Below, in pieces: positions 18,699-27,387 of a stretch of 37,400 bases of DNA. The notes beneath the pieces were generated by a model. The model saw nothing but the letters and a program-made list of their open reading frames with translations. It did not search any database and had not been told where the DNA came from. Where the stretch lies: the NCBI GenBank assembly GCA_046331705.1, contig JAXLQJ010000069.1, positions 1-37,400 on the forward strand, given 5' to 3'. This DNA is from a bacterium. GTDB taxonomy: Bacteria; JADJOY01. Both the position numbers and the translations under genes were made by a program. The first letter of the stretch is position 1, and each line of letters starts with the position of its first letter.

Positions 18699-20081
18699 AT
18701 GAAGCGCACGCTCACACTCGCCTTCGCCGTCGCGATTCTCGCGACCACGGGGGCGGCGCCCGCCGCCGCCTTCTGCGGTTTCTTCGTCGCCAAGGCCGAC
18801 ACCAAGCTCTTCAACAAGGCGAGCCAGGTGGTGCTGGTGCGCGACGGCGATCGCACGGTGATCACCATGAGCAACGACTTCCAGGGCGACCCGAAGGAGT
18901 TCGCGATGGTGGTGCCCGTGCCCACCTTCATCCAGCGCGAGCAGATCCACGTCGGCGATCGGGCGGTGCTCGAGCACCTCGACGCCTACACCGCGCCGCG
19001 CCTCGTCGAGTACCAGGACCCCGACCCGTGCCAGATGACGGCTTACGATCGAATGGAGATGAAGGCCGGCCAAGTCCCCATGCCGGCGAGCGCCGCGGGC
19101 ATGGCACGCGCCCAGAGCCTGGGCGTGAAGATCGAGGCGCAATACACCGTCGGCGAGTACGACATCCTCATCCTCTCCGCACAGCAATCCGACGGCCTCG
19201 AACGCTGGCTGCGCGAGAGCGGCTACCGAATCCCGACCGGAGCGAGCGCGATCCTCGGCAGCTACCTGAAGCAGAACATGCGCTTCTTCGTGGCCAAGGT
19301 GAATCTGAGCGAGCAGGCGAAGCTCGGGTTCCACTATCTGCGGCCACTCGCGGTGGCGTACGAGAGTCCCAAGTTCATGCTGCCGATCCGCCTCGGCACC
19401 GTGAACGCCGATGGTCCCCAGGAGCTCTTCGTCTATGCCCTCACCCGCCAGGGTCGCGTCGAATCCACCAACTACCGCACCGTGCGGCTGCCGACCGGCG
19501 CGACGATCCCCGAGTACGTGAGGGGCGAGTTCGGCGACTTCTACCGAGCGATGTTCGCCAAGCAGACCCGGGACGCGGACATGCGCGCGGTCTTCCTCGA
19601 ATACGCGTGGGACATGAGCTGGTGCGACCCCTGCGCCGCCGACCCGCTCTCGTCCGCCGAGCTGCGCGAGCTCGGCGTGTTCTGGCTCGGCGAGCCCACG
19701 CCCATGGATTCGCGAGCGCCGGCGTTCCGGCCGATGCCGGTCCCTCCCGGCCCCGGCGGCGCCGTCGACACCTTCGTCACGCGCCTCCACGTGCGCTACG
19801 ACGCCGCGCACTTCCCGGAGGACCTCGTGTTCCAGACCACCGGCGATCGACAGAGCTTCCAGGGACGCTACGTGCTGCAGCATCCATTCGCGGGTGCGAT
19901 GGAATGCGACGCCGGGCGGCGCTATCGCGAATCGCTGACGCCGCGCCGCGAGCAGGAAGCCCGCACGCTCGCGAACCTCACGGGCTGGGAGCTCGCGAGC
20001 ATCCGCACCAAGATGCAGCTCGACGGCGGCGACGCGAAGCCCGCCGATCGCCCCTGGTACGAGACCATCTGGCGCGACTGA
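18699..20081 (+). CDS. DUF2330 domain secreted protein
   Basis: Signal peptide then FCGFFV; FAMVVPVP, TAPRLVEY, GEYDILILSA, FLEYAWD, FVTRLH; AAGGAAG RBS. Confidence 0.88.
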   Translation: MKRTLTLAFAVAILATTGAAPAAAFCGFFVAKADTKLFNKASQVVLVRDGDRTVITMSNDFQGDPKEFAMVVPVPTFIQREQIHVGDRAVLEHLDAYTAPRLVEYQDPDPCQMTAYDRMEMKAGQVPMPASAAGMARAQSLGVKIEAQYTVGEYDILILSAQQSDGLERWLRESGYRIPTGASAILGSYLKQNMRFFVAKVNLSEQAKLGFHYLRPLAVAYESPKFMLPIRLGTVNADGPQELFVYALTRQGRVESTNYRTVRLPTGATIPEYVRGEFGDFYRAMFAKQTRDADMRAVFLEYAWDMSWCDPCAADPLSSAELRELGVFWLGEPTPMDSRAPAFRPMPVPPGPGGAVDTFVTRLHVRYDAAHFPEDLVFQTTGDRQSFQGRYVLQHPFAGAMECDAGRRYRESLTPRREQEARTLANLTGWELASIRTKMQLDGGDAKPADRPWYETIWRD

Positions 20082-20090
20082 GGCCACGGC

Positions 20091-20129
20091 CGGCGCGCAG
20101 CTGCGACAACGAACGCAGCGCGCGCGCCG
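20091..20129. terminator. GC-rich hairpin between convergent genes
   Basis: cggcgcgc-a-gctgcg pairs with cgcagc-gc-gcgcgccg around an 8-nt loop; no U-tract. Confidence 0.35.
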
Positions 20130-20498
20130 TCACTCGGCGAAGCGCTCGCGGGCCTTGGTCAGGAACGCGTCGATGATGTGGCGGGTCAGCTCGTCCATCG
20201 ACACGAAGCGCAGCGCCATCCCGATCGGCAGCCGCCAGTCGTAGCGTGCAGGGCCGTTCACCAGCACCACTTCGCACGAGACAGGTAGGAATCGGCCCGC
20301 CTCCGGCAAGTCGATCTCGAACTTGGTCACGACGCCCGGGTTGAGGAAATACCGCGTGGTCACGAAGAAACCGCCTTCGTTGATGACCGTGAGCAGCCCC
20401 ACCACGCGCTTCCCGCCGACCTCGAACTGCACGACCTCGTTGACCCGAACGCGCTGCGACTGTCGGCGCTCGCTGGGGTCGGGATCGTCGACGTCCAT
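20130..20498 (-). CDS. PilZ domain protein
   Basis: ERRQSQR, INEGGFFV, CEVV, GMALRF. Alternative GTG start at 20519. Confidence 0.8.
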   Translation of the reverse strand: MDVDDPDPSERRQSQRVRVNEVVQFEVGGKRVVGLLTVINEGGFFVTTRYFLNPGVVTKFEIDLPEAGRFLPVSCEVVLVNGPARYDWRLPIGMALRFVSMDELTRHIIDAFLTKARERFAE

Positions 20499-20632
20499 GA
20501 TCGCGTCCAGCCGGACCACGGCGACGGAACGGTGCCGCGCATGCCGGCTCCACTCCCCGGTAACACGACCCGCGGCGCAACTGCAATCACGAGCGTGAAA
20601 TCACGATCCGCCGAGCGGCGGCGAGCGGTGGC

Positions 20633-21202
20633 TCAGAACGGGAGCAGCCGCCCGAGATCGAAGCGCTGCCACGCGAAGCGGGCCAGGAAGGCGACGGGAA
20701 TCAGCCAGTAGAGGAGCTGGACGGCGGTGACGAACATGCGCGTGCGCACCGTGCGCCAGCCCAGATAGTCGAGCCAATCGCGCGGCAGGAACAAGATCCA
20801 GCGCAGCCACGTGCGCGGGTCGATGGCCTCGCGCTCGAGGCGCCGGTGGTAGCGGATGGCTCCCTCGAGGAGCACCAGGTACTCGCGCCGGATCAGCGTG
20901 CGCGGCGCCAGGAAGTTCTCGAGCACGCCGATGTCGCCATCAGCGAAGAACGGATAGCGATCCGTGCTGTCGAAGTACGAGAGCCGCGCCGGATCGACGG
21001 GCGCCGCACGAATCGTGCGCGCCACCACCGCCGCGTCCCGCTCGAGCAGCTCCGAGAGCCCGGGGTCGGGCTCGTTGGTGGCGGCGGTGTAGGCCTCGAA
21101 GAGCGCCTTGGCGCGCTCGAGGCGCCGCCGTCGCGTCAGCGCCGCCACGAATCGATACGCGACGGTCGCGACGGCGCAGGCCCCCAGCAGATACGCGTTC
21201 AC
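20633..21202 (-). CDS. hypothetical membrane protein
   Basis: Hydrophobic N- and C-terminal segments, G/C-ending codons, GGAGAG RBS-like sequence before the GTG. Confidence 0.7.
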   Translation of the reverse strand: MNAYLLGACAVATVAYRFVAALTRRRRLERAKALFEAYTAATNEPDPGLSELLERDAAVVARTIRAAPVDPARLSYFDSTDRYPFFADGDIGVLENFLAPRTLIRREYLVLLEGAIRYHRRLEREAIDPRTWLRWILFLPRDWLDYLGWRTVRTRMFVTAVQLLYWLIPVAFLARFAWQRFDLGRLLPF

Positions 21203-21263
21203 CCGGCTCTCCGTCGGCGGATTCTCGGCGTCTCGCGGAGCGCGTCGCCGTTGTCGCCACCTC

Positions 21264-21272
21264 TGCTATCAT
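21264..21272 (+). promoter_or_regulatory. extended -10 promoter element
   Basis: TGCTATCAT (TGn + TATCAT) 44 bp upstream of the ATPase ATG. Confidence 0.4.
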
Positions 21273-21316
21273 GCCGCGCGCCGCGTGACGAGTCCCCGTC
21301 GGCGCGCGCTCGAGCG

Positions 21317-22807
21317 ATGCCGATCCCGATCCTCTCCGCGCAAGTCGACGAGCAGCTCGAGCGGCTCGCCAAGCACGTCCCCAACTCCCTGTTCGGCATT
21401 CCCGTCGAGCGCACCGTCCTGATCGCCGCCGGCGCCGCGATCGCGGTGCTCGCGGCGTTCGCCGTGCTGCTCTTCCTGTCGCGCGGCGCCAGGCGCGCCA
21501 TCGAGAAGATCGACAGCGCCGTCAACCGCGACATGCCGTCCGGCCTCGACACCATCACCCTCGGCCGCAAGCACATGTCGATCTCGCAGCTGCCGCTGGT
21601 GAGCGAGCGCATCCGCGCGGTCACCACGGCCCGCAGCGTCGACATCGTGAAGCTCGTCGACTACACGCTGCAGAACGCGGTGGCGCTCTCCGCGAGCGAC
21701 ATCCACTTCGACCCCAAGGACCGCTACATCGCGTTGCAGTACCGGATCGACGGCGTGCTCTACGACGTCGCCCAATTCTCACCGAAGCTCTACACCAACG
21801 TGCTCTCGCGCGTGAAGGTGCTGGCCAAGCTCAAGACCTTCGTGAAGGGCCTGCCCCAGGACGGCCGCATCCACACGGTGCGCGACGGCGGCGAGGAAGT
21901 GGACCTGCGCGTGTCGGTGATGCCCACGCTGCACGGCGAGAAGATCGTGCTGCGCATCATGCAGCGCGAGGGCGTGCTCTACAGCCTCACCGAGCTCGGC
22001 TTCGACTCGCACGTGCTCGAGGACTACACCCGCCTCATCTCGATGCCGCAGGGAATCGCGTTCCTGACCGGCCCCACCGGCTCCGGCAAGACCACCACGA
22101 TCTACTCGACGCTCAAGGCCGTGAAGGAAAACCGCGGCGAGCTGGTGAAGATCGTCACGATCGAGGATCCAATCGAGTTCGACCTCGATTTCCTCACGCA
22201 GACGGGCGTAAACGAGGCCACCGACTTCACGTTCGCCCGCGGCTTGCGGTCGATCCTGCGCCAGGACCCCGACGTGATCATGGTGGGCGAGATCCGCGAC
22301 CTGGACACGGCGCAGATCGCCATCCAGGCGGGGCTCACCGGCCACCTGCTCTTCACCTCGGTACACGCGAACTCGGCGTCCGGCGTCTTCTCGCGGCTCA
22401 TCAATCTGGGCGTCGAGCCGTTCCTGCTCGCATCGGCCACGGTGGGCGTGCTCTCGCAGCGGTTGGTGCGGCGCCTCTGCCCGAACTGCACCAACGAGGT
22501 GAAGCCCACCGACGTCGAGATCAGGAACCTCGAGCGAACCGGCCTCACGCTGCCGAGCGGCCCCTGGTATGCCGGCACGGGCTGCGAGCATTGCCTGGGC
22601 AAGGGCTACGTCGGGCGCATCGGCCTCTTCGAGCTGGTGTCGATCACCGAGCGCATCCGCGAGGCGCTGGTCGCCAAGGCGACCACCACCAGCATCGAGG
22701 CGATCGCCCGCGAGCAGGGCATGCAGACGCTGCTCCAGGACGGCATCTCGAAGTGCCAGCGCGGGATCACCTCGCTCACCGAGGTGCTGCGCGTCGCGCT
22801 GGTGTGA
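21317..22807 (+). CDS. GspE/PilB-family assembly ATPase with an N-terminal transmembrane helix
   Basis: ASDIHF, YRIDGVL, PQDGRI, GPTGSGKTTT, TIEDPIE, RQDPDVIMVGEIRD, TGHLLFTSVH, CPNC...CEHC; residues 34-54 are hydrophobic. Confidence 0.92.
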   Translation: MPIPILSAQVDEQLERLAKHVPNSLFGIPVERTVLIAAGAAIAVLAAFAVLLFLSRGARRAIEKIDSAVNRDMPSGLDTITLGRKHMSISQLPLVSERIRAVTTARSVDIVKLVDYTLQNAVALSASDIHFDPKDRYIALQYRIDGVLYDVAQFSPKLYTNVLSRVKVLAKLKTFVKGLPQDGRIHTVRDGGEEVDLRVSVMPTLHGEKIVLRIMQREGVLYSLTELGFDSHVLEDYTRLISMPQGIAFLTGPTGSGKTTTIYSTLKAVKENRGELVKIVTIEDPIEFDLDFLTQTGVNEATDFTFARGLRSILRQDPDVIMVGEIRDLDTAQIAIQAGLTGHLLFTSVHANSASGVFSRLINLGVEPFLLASATVGVLSQRLVRRLCPNCTNEVKPTDVEIRNLERTGLTLPSGPWYAGTGCEHCLGKGYVGRIGLFELVSITERIREALVAKATTTSIEAIAREQGMQTLLQDGISKCQRGITSLTEVLRVALV

Positions 22808-22838
22808 ATCGACTCGCGCGGGCGGCGGGCCCGCGGGA

Positions 22839-23939
22839 TCACGCGACCGTCGCGCCGGCGAGAGCCTCGATGCGCGCGACCAGCGGTCGCGCCGCGCCGG
22901 CAATTTGGGTGGCGCGATCGGGGTCGACGAGCGCGGCGTCGAGCGTGAAGCGCGCGGCGAGCTCGCGGATTCGCGCCGCGCTCGCGTCGACGCGGGACTG
23001 AGCGATCGCGCCCGCAGCGATCGCCCGCCGCAGGCCGTCGATCACCCGCTCCTGCACCTCGCGGTGCTTGCACGCGAGCAACACGTCCGCACCCGCCTGG
23101 ACGCTCGCGACGGCAAGCTGCTCCGGCGTGGCGTGATCGCTCACGGCGCGCATCTCGAGATCGTCCGTGACCACCACGCCCTCGAAGCCGATGTCACGCC
23201 GCAGCAAGCCTTCCAGGATCGCCGGCGAAAGCGTGGCGGTGCGGTGGGGATCGAGCGCGGGGTATCGAACGTGCGCCGTCATCATCGACGCAACACCGGC
23301 TCGCGCCGCGGCGCGAAACGGCACCAACTCACGGGCGTCGAGGATCTCTCGCGCTGCATCGACGGTGGGTAGCTGGAGGTGGCTGTCGAGGCTGGTATCG
23401 CCGTGGCCGGGGAAATGCTTTCCGCACGCCGCCACGCCCGCGCCTTGCAGCGCCTCGATGAACACGGCGCCCAGCCGAGCCACCACCGCAGGATCCGATG
23501 AAAGCGCACGCGCACCGATGATCGGGTTGGCCAGATTGGAGTGGACGTCGAGGACCGGTGCGAAGTCCCAGTTCACTCCGATGGCCCGGAGCTCGGCGGC
23601 CATCGCTCGCGCCAGCTCGCGCACCAGCGCTTCCGAATCGATCCGCCCCACGAGATCCATCGAGGGAAACGTGGTGAAGTCCGCCGAGAGCCGCCGCACC
23701 TTGCCGCCCTCTTCGTCGATCCCCACGAGCAGGCGCGGCGCCGCCTCCCGCAACGAGCGGACGAGACGCGCCACCTGCGCGGCGTCGCGGACGTTGCGAC
23801 GAAAGAGGATCACACCGGCGATCGACTCGCGGTCCAAGAAGTCGAGCAGCGCGGCATCCGCCTCGATCCCCTCGAACCCGATCACCAAGAGCTCGCCGGG
23901 CTGCGCGGGGCGGTTCCCATCCGTGGTCGCGCTGGTCAT
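22839..23939 (-). CDS. nagZ: beta-N-acetylhexosaminidase (GH3)
   Basis: GVILFRRN, IDEEGGKVRR, KHFPGHGDTSLDSH, VTDDLEM. Confidence 0.93.
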   Translation of the reverse strand: MTSATTDGNRPAQPGELLVIGFEGIEADAALLDFLDRESIAGVILFRRNVRDAAQVARLVRSLREAAPRLLVGIDEEGGKVRRLSADFTTFPSMDLVGRIDSEALVRELARAMAAELRAIGVNWDFAPVLDVHSNLANPIIGARALSSDPAVVARLGAVFIEALQGAGVAACGKHFPGHGDTSLDSHLQLPTVDAAREILDARELVPFRAAARAGVASMMTAHVRYPALDPHRTATLSPAILEGLLRRDIGFEGVVVTDDLEMRAVSDHATPEQLAVASVQAGADVLLACKHREVQERVIDGLRRAIAAGAIAQSRVDASAARIRELAARFTLDAALVDPDRATQIAGAARPLVARIEALAGATVA

Positions 23940-24092
23940 CGCGCGCCGAACGTAGCGCCACCGCCGCTGGCCGTCGAGGCCGACCTCGCCGGATTCTTGG
24001 CGCGCGTCGCGGCGGCGTGCTAGCAAATCGCCCGCCGTGAAGCCGGCGAGCGAGCGCGGCAGCCGCGCGAGCGACGGCAACCGAGATCCTCG

Positions 24093-24725
24093 ATGAGCGC
24101 CAAGAAGCACAACTGGTTCGAGAAGCGGGTCATGCCCGGGCAGCTCGATTACTCGGGGAAGATCCTCGCGAGCTTCAAGGACAGGGTGCGCGGGCGGGTG
24201 CTCGACTTCGGCTGCGGCGTGGGCGCGATGATGGAGTGCATGCGCACCCAGACTCCGGCCACGCCGGTGGGTGTCGACATCGCGCACAACAACCTGTGGT
24301 CGAGCCCGTTCGTGCGCTTCGACGGCGAGCGGTTGCCCTTCCAGGACGGCTCGTTCGATCTGGTGACCGAGATCTTCGTCCTCCATCACAGCCCCATCCT
24401 CGAGAAGAACTTCGCCGAGATGGTGCGGGTGGCGAAGAACGAGCTGGTGCTGGTCGAGGACGTCTGGACCAACAAGCAGAATCGCTGGTGGCTGGTGCGC
24501 AATCACGTGCTCTTCGACGCCTTCATGGTGCTGCTCACGTGGCTCGGGCTCGCCGAGTGGAAGACCAACTTCAAGTACTACTTCCGCGACCGCGACCAAT
24601 GGCTCGAGCTCTTCCGCCGCCACGGCTTGCGCGTGCTCGAGGATCGCGAGCTCCATCTCGGCCCCGGCGACATCGTCCTCCACCGGGTCTTCGTGGTGGC
24701 GAAGTCGCCGCCCGCAGCGGCATGA
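24093..24725 (+). CDS. class I SAM-dependent methyltransferase
   Basis: VLDFGCGVG, GVDI, LPFQDGSFDLV, VLHH, EMVRVAK. Confidence 0.9.
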   Translation: MSAKKHNWFEKRVMPGQLDYSGKILASFKDRVRGRVLDFGCGVGAMMECMRTQTPATPVGVDIAHNNLWSSPFVRFDGERLPFQDGSFDLVTEIFVLHHSPILEKNFAEMVRVAKNELVLVEDVWTNKQNRWWLVRNHVLFDAFMVLLTWLGLAEWKTNFKYYFRDRDQWLELFRRHGLRVLEDRELHLGPGDIVLHRVFVVAKSPPAAA

Positions 24726-24750
24726 GCGCACGCGCGCACCGAGCGGACCC

Positions 24751-25926
24751 GTGACGGCGCTGGTCTGCACCACGCTCTTCCTGGTGATGCTCTTCCACGT
24801 GGGGCTCCTCGCGACGTGGCTGGAAGTGCATCGCGACCTGCCCAAGCTCGGGCCGCGTACGCGCCGCGATCTTCCGGTGAGTCCACCGCTGGTCAGCGTC
24901 GTCATCCCGGCGCGCGACGAGGAGAAGACCATCGAGACCTGCGTCTCGGGCGTGCTGGCGCAGGATTGGCCGAATCTCGAGGTCATCGTGGTGGACGATC
25001 GCTCGAGCGACCGCACTCCCGAGATCCTGGCGCGCCTCGCCGCTCGGGATCCCCGGCTCACGGTGATCCGCGGCGCCGAATGCCCCTCGACCTGGATGGG
25101 GAAGAACTACGCGCTCCATCAAGGGTTCGAGCGCACCCACGGCGAGTGGATCTTGTTCCTCGACGCCGACACGCAGGTCGCGCCGCAGGTCGTGACGCAG
25201 ACCGTGCTCGAAGCTCGCGCCCACGACACCGGCCTGCTCACGCTGATCCCGGGAAACGTGTTCCGCTGCTTCTGGGACCGCGTCGTGAACACGCTCATCT
25301 TTCAGCTCGCGGCGTTCCAGCAATTCGACAAGATCCACGACCCCAAGCACCCGCGCGCCAACGCCAACGGCCCGTACATGCTGTTTCGGCGCGATTGCTA
25401 CGACGCCATCGGCGGCCACGCCGCCATCCCGTACGAGGTGGTCGAGGACCTGGTGCTGGCGCGCAACGTGAAGGCGAAGGGCTTCGCGATCCGTTGGGCG
25501 CTCGCGCCCGAGCTCATGAAGCTCGAGCTCTACGAGAGCCTGCGCGACCTGAAGCGCGGCTGGGGGAAGATCCTGCAGCGCGCGATGGAGATCGATCGAC
25601 GCGAGCTGTGGCTCAACCTGCTGGGACCGATCTTCCTGCTGGTCTTCTTCGTGCTGCCCTTCCCCGCGTTGCTCGCGAGCGGGTATGCGCTGCTCGGCGA
25701 GGTCTCGCCTTCCCACGTCTTCGCGTTCACGTGCTCGCTTGCCGCGTGCCTCGCCGCGGCCACGAGTCAGCGCTTCGTGGGCATGATCCTGAAGCTCGAC
25801 CACATCCACCCATGGCTCTTCTGGCTGGGCGCCGCCGTCCTCGCCGAGCTGCAGTGGGAATCGGTGGTGCGCTTCTTCCTCAAGAAAGAGATGTACTGGA
25901 AGGGCCGCCTCTACCACGAGTCGTGA
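24751..25926 (+). CDS. membrane glycosyltransferase family 2 (CrtQ/CruC/HpnB-like)
   Basis: N-terminal TM, VSVVIPARDEE, DDRSSDRT, WMGKNYAL, FLDADT, VEDL, C-terminal TMs and WKGR. Confidence 0.9.
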   Translation: MTALVCTTLFLVMLFHVGLLATWLEVHRDLPKLGPRTRRDLPVSPPLVSVVIPARDEEKTIETCVSGVLAQDWPNLEVIVVDDRSSDRTPEILARLAARDPRLTVIRGAECPSTWMGKNYALHQGFERTHGEWILFLDADTQVAPQVVTQTVLEARAHDTGLLTLIPGNVFRCFWDRVVNTLIFQLAAFQQFDKIHDPKHPRANANGPYMLFRRDCYDAIGGHAAIPYEVVEDLVLARNVKAKGFAIRWALAPELMKLELYESLRDLKRGWGKILQRAMEIDRRELWLNLLGPIFLLVFFVLPFPALLASGYALLGEVSPSHVFAFTCSLAACLAAATSQRFVGMILKLDHIHPWLFWLGAAVLAELQWESVVRFFLKKEMYWKGRLYHES

Positions 25927-25984
25927 GCCTCCGGGCGACCATCGGACGCGGCCGCTCCCAGTGCGAGCCGCGGAGCGAGCACGC

Positions 25985-27325
25985 GTGCCCAAGTCGTACG
26001 TCACCGACCTGCGGCACCTGCTCGACGAGCACGGTCGGATCGCACGCGTCACGCGGGCGGGCGCGAGCCTGGGGCGATTCCTGGGGGCGCTCGTCGCGTG
26101 GGTGACCTCGCCGCACGCCGACGACGCGCTTCAGACCAACGTCGTGTGCGGCTGGCGCACGGGTGTGGGCCGTTGCGACGAGCCCATCGCCGCCGCGCTC
26201 GATCCGGACACGGTTGCGATTCGCTGGGAGTGCGCACGGTGCGGCACGAGCGGTTCGATTCACGGCTGGGAAGGCACGGCGTGGGACCGGCGCACCGAAT
26301 CCGAGCAAGCGGCGGCGCGCGAGTCGTGGAACGGCTTCGAACGGGACCTGGCGCGGCTGCACGCCAGCGGCGAGTCGGTGCTCGCCGCGACGCTGGCGCG
26401 CTTCGCCCTGCCCGGCCTTCGCCTCGCCGCGAGCGCATGCGTCGACGCCTCGATTCCGATTGGCGCGTCCAAGCTCGGCGGCGCACCCGATCTGCCGAGC
26501 GATGTGACCTGGCCCGAGCGTGACGGACGGCCCCTCGCATTCGTCGCTCAGCTCGATCTCGCGCAGCTCGGCGAGTCCGGCGGCGACGGTCTTCCGCTGC
26601 GCGACGGCGTGCTCTGGATCTTCTGCGACGCCGACGACGTGCCGATGGGTTACGAGCGCAGCGCGCGCCATGGCATCGCGGTCGTGTATCGCCTCGACGC
26701 CCACGGCGTGGTGATGCGCCGTCCACACCCAAACGCGCCCTGCTTCAGCGCGTACCGACTCGAGGCGTGCCGCGTGGTCACATTCCCGAGCCCCATTCAC
26801 CACGAATCGGCCATCACGGAGCCCCGCGCCCGGCGCGCGAGGGAGCTCCGGAATCCGTTCACCGGCGCGCTCGTGACCTTTCCGGAGCGCGAGCCATGGC
26901 CGGGCTATCGCACCGAAGCGGATCCCATCCCGCCGCCGCATCGCGAGGAATTCGAGAGGTTCGTAGCCGAGCACACCGACGCCGATCGGCCCCGGCACCA
27001 GCTCTTCGGCCACCCGCGCTCGATGCAAGGCACCGGCTTCGAGGCGACGCTCGCCGTGGCGGGCGTCGCGTTCGGGTTGCAGGGCGATCCGAGGACGCTG
27101 CGGGGGTTCGAGGACGCTGCGACCCGCGGCGATCGCTGGCGCCTGCTGGCGCAGATCGCTTCCCAGCCCGAGCGGGATCGACGGGGCCAGCGATCGCCCG
27201 GCCTCGAACCCGACCGACGCGAGCTCGTGTGGGCCGACAGCGGCGTCCTCTACGTCTTCGTCCGCGACGAGGATCTCAGCGCGCGGCGCTTCCACCGTGT
27301 CTGGGCAGCGGTCGACTGCTGCTGA
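25985..27325 (+). CDS. YwqG/DUF1963 family protein with an N-terminal Cys4 domain
   Basis: SKLGGAPDLP..WP..PLAFVAQLDL, HQLFGHP..Q, LLAQI, WADSGVLYVFV..DL...RF. Start is either GTG 25985 or GTG 25961. Confidence 0.8.
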   Translation: MPKSYVTDLRHLLDEHGRIARVTRAGASLGRFLGALVAWVTSPHADDALQTNVVCGWRTGVGRCDEPIAAALDPDTVAIRWECARCGTSGSIHGWEGTAWDRRTESEQAAARESWNGFERDLARLHASGESVLAATLARFALPGLRLAASACVDASIPIGASKLGGAPDLPSDVTWPERDGRPLAFVAQLDLAQLGESGGDGLPLRDGVLWIFCDADDVPMGYERSARHGIAVVYRLDAHGVVMRRPHPNAPCFSAYRLEACRVVTFPSPIHHESAITEPRARRARELRNPFTGALVTFPEREPWPGYRTEADPIPPPHREEFERFVAEHTDADRPRHQLFGHPRSMQGTGFEATLAVAGVAFGLQGDPRTLRGFEDAATRGDRWRLLAQIASQPERDRRGQRSPGLEPDRRELVWADSGVLYVFVRDEDLSARRFHRVWAAVDCC

Positions 27326-27387
27326 CGCGGGTCGCGATAGGGGCCGTGCGCTCGTTGCGCGGCTCGCTCGTCGCGCGCCGCTCGTCC

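Noticed and set aside
4688-20081. Apparent giant or fused ORFs (927, 832, 850, 555, 714 and 1445 aa)
   Set aside because: Each is a real gene plus an off-frame or antisense extension through its neighbour, caused by stop-codon scarcity at high GC; internal starts with RBS or ATGA/GTGA coupling explain them without frameshifts.
22817-22835. Hairpin between the ATPase gene and nagZ as a terminator
   Set aside because: Only a 7-bp GC stem with no U-tract; expected by chance at this GC content.
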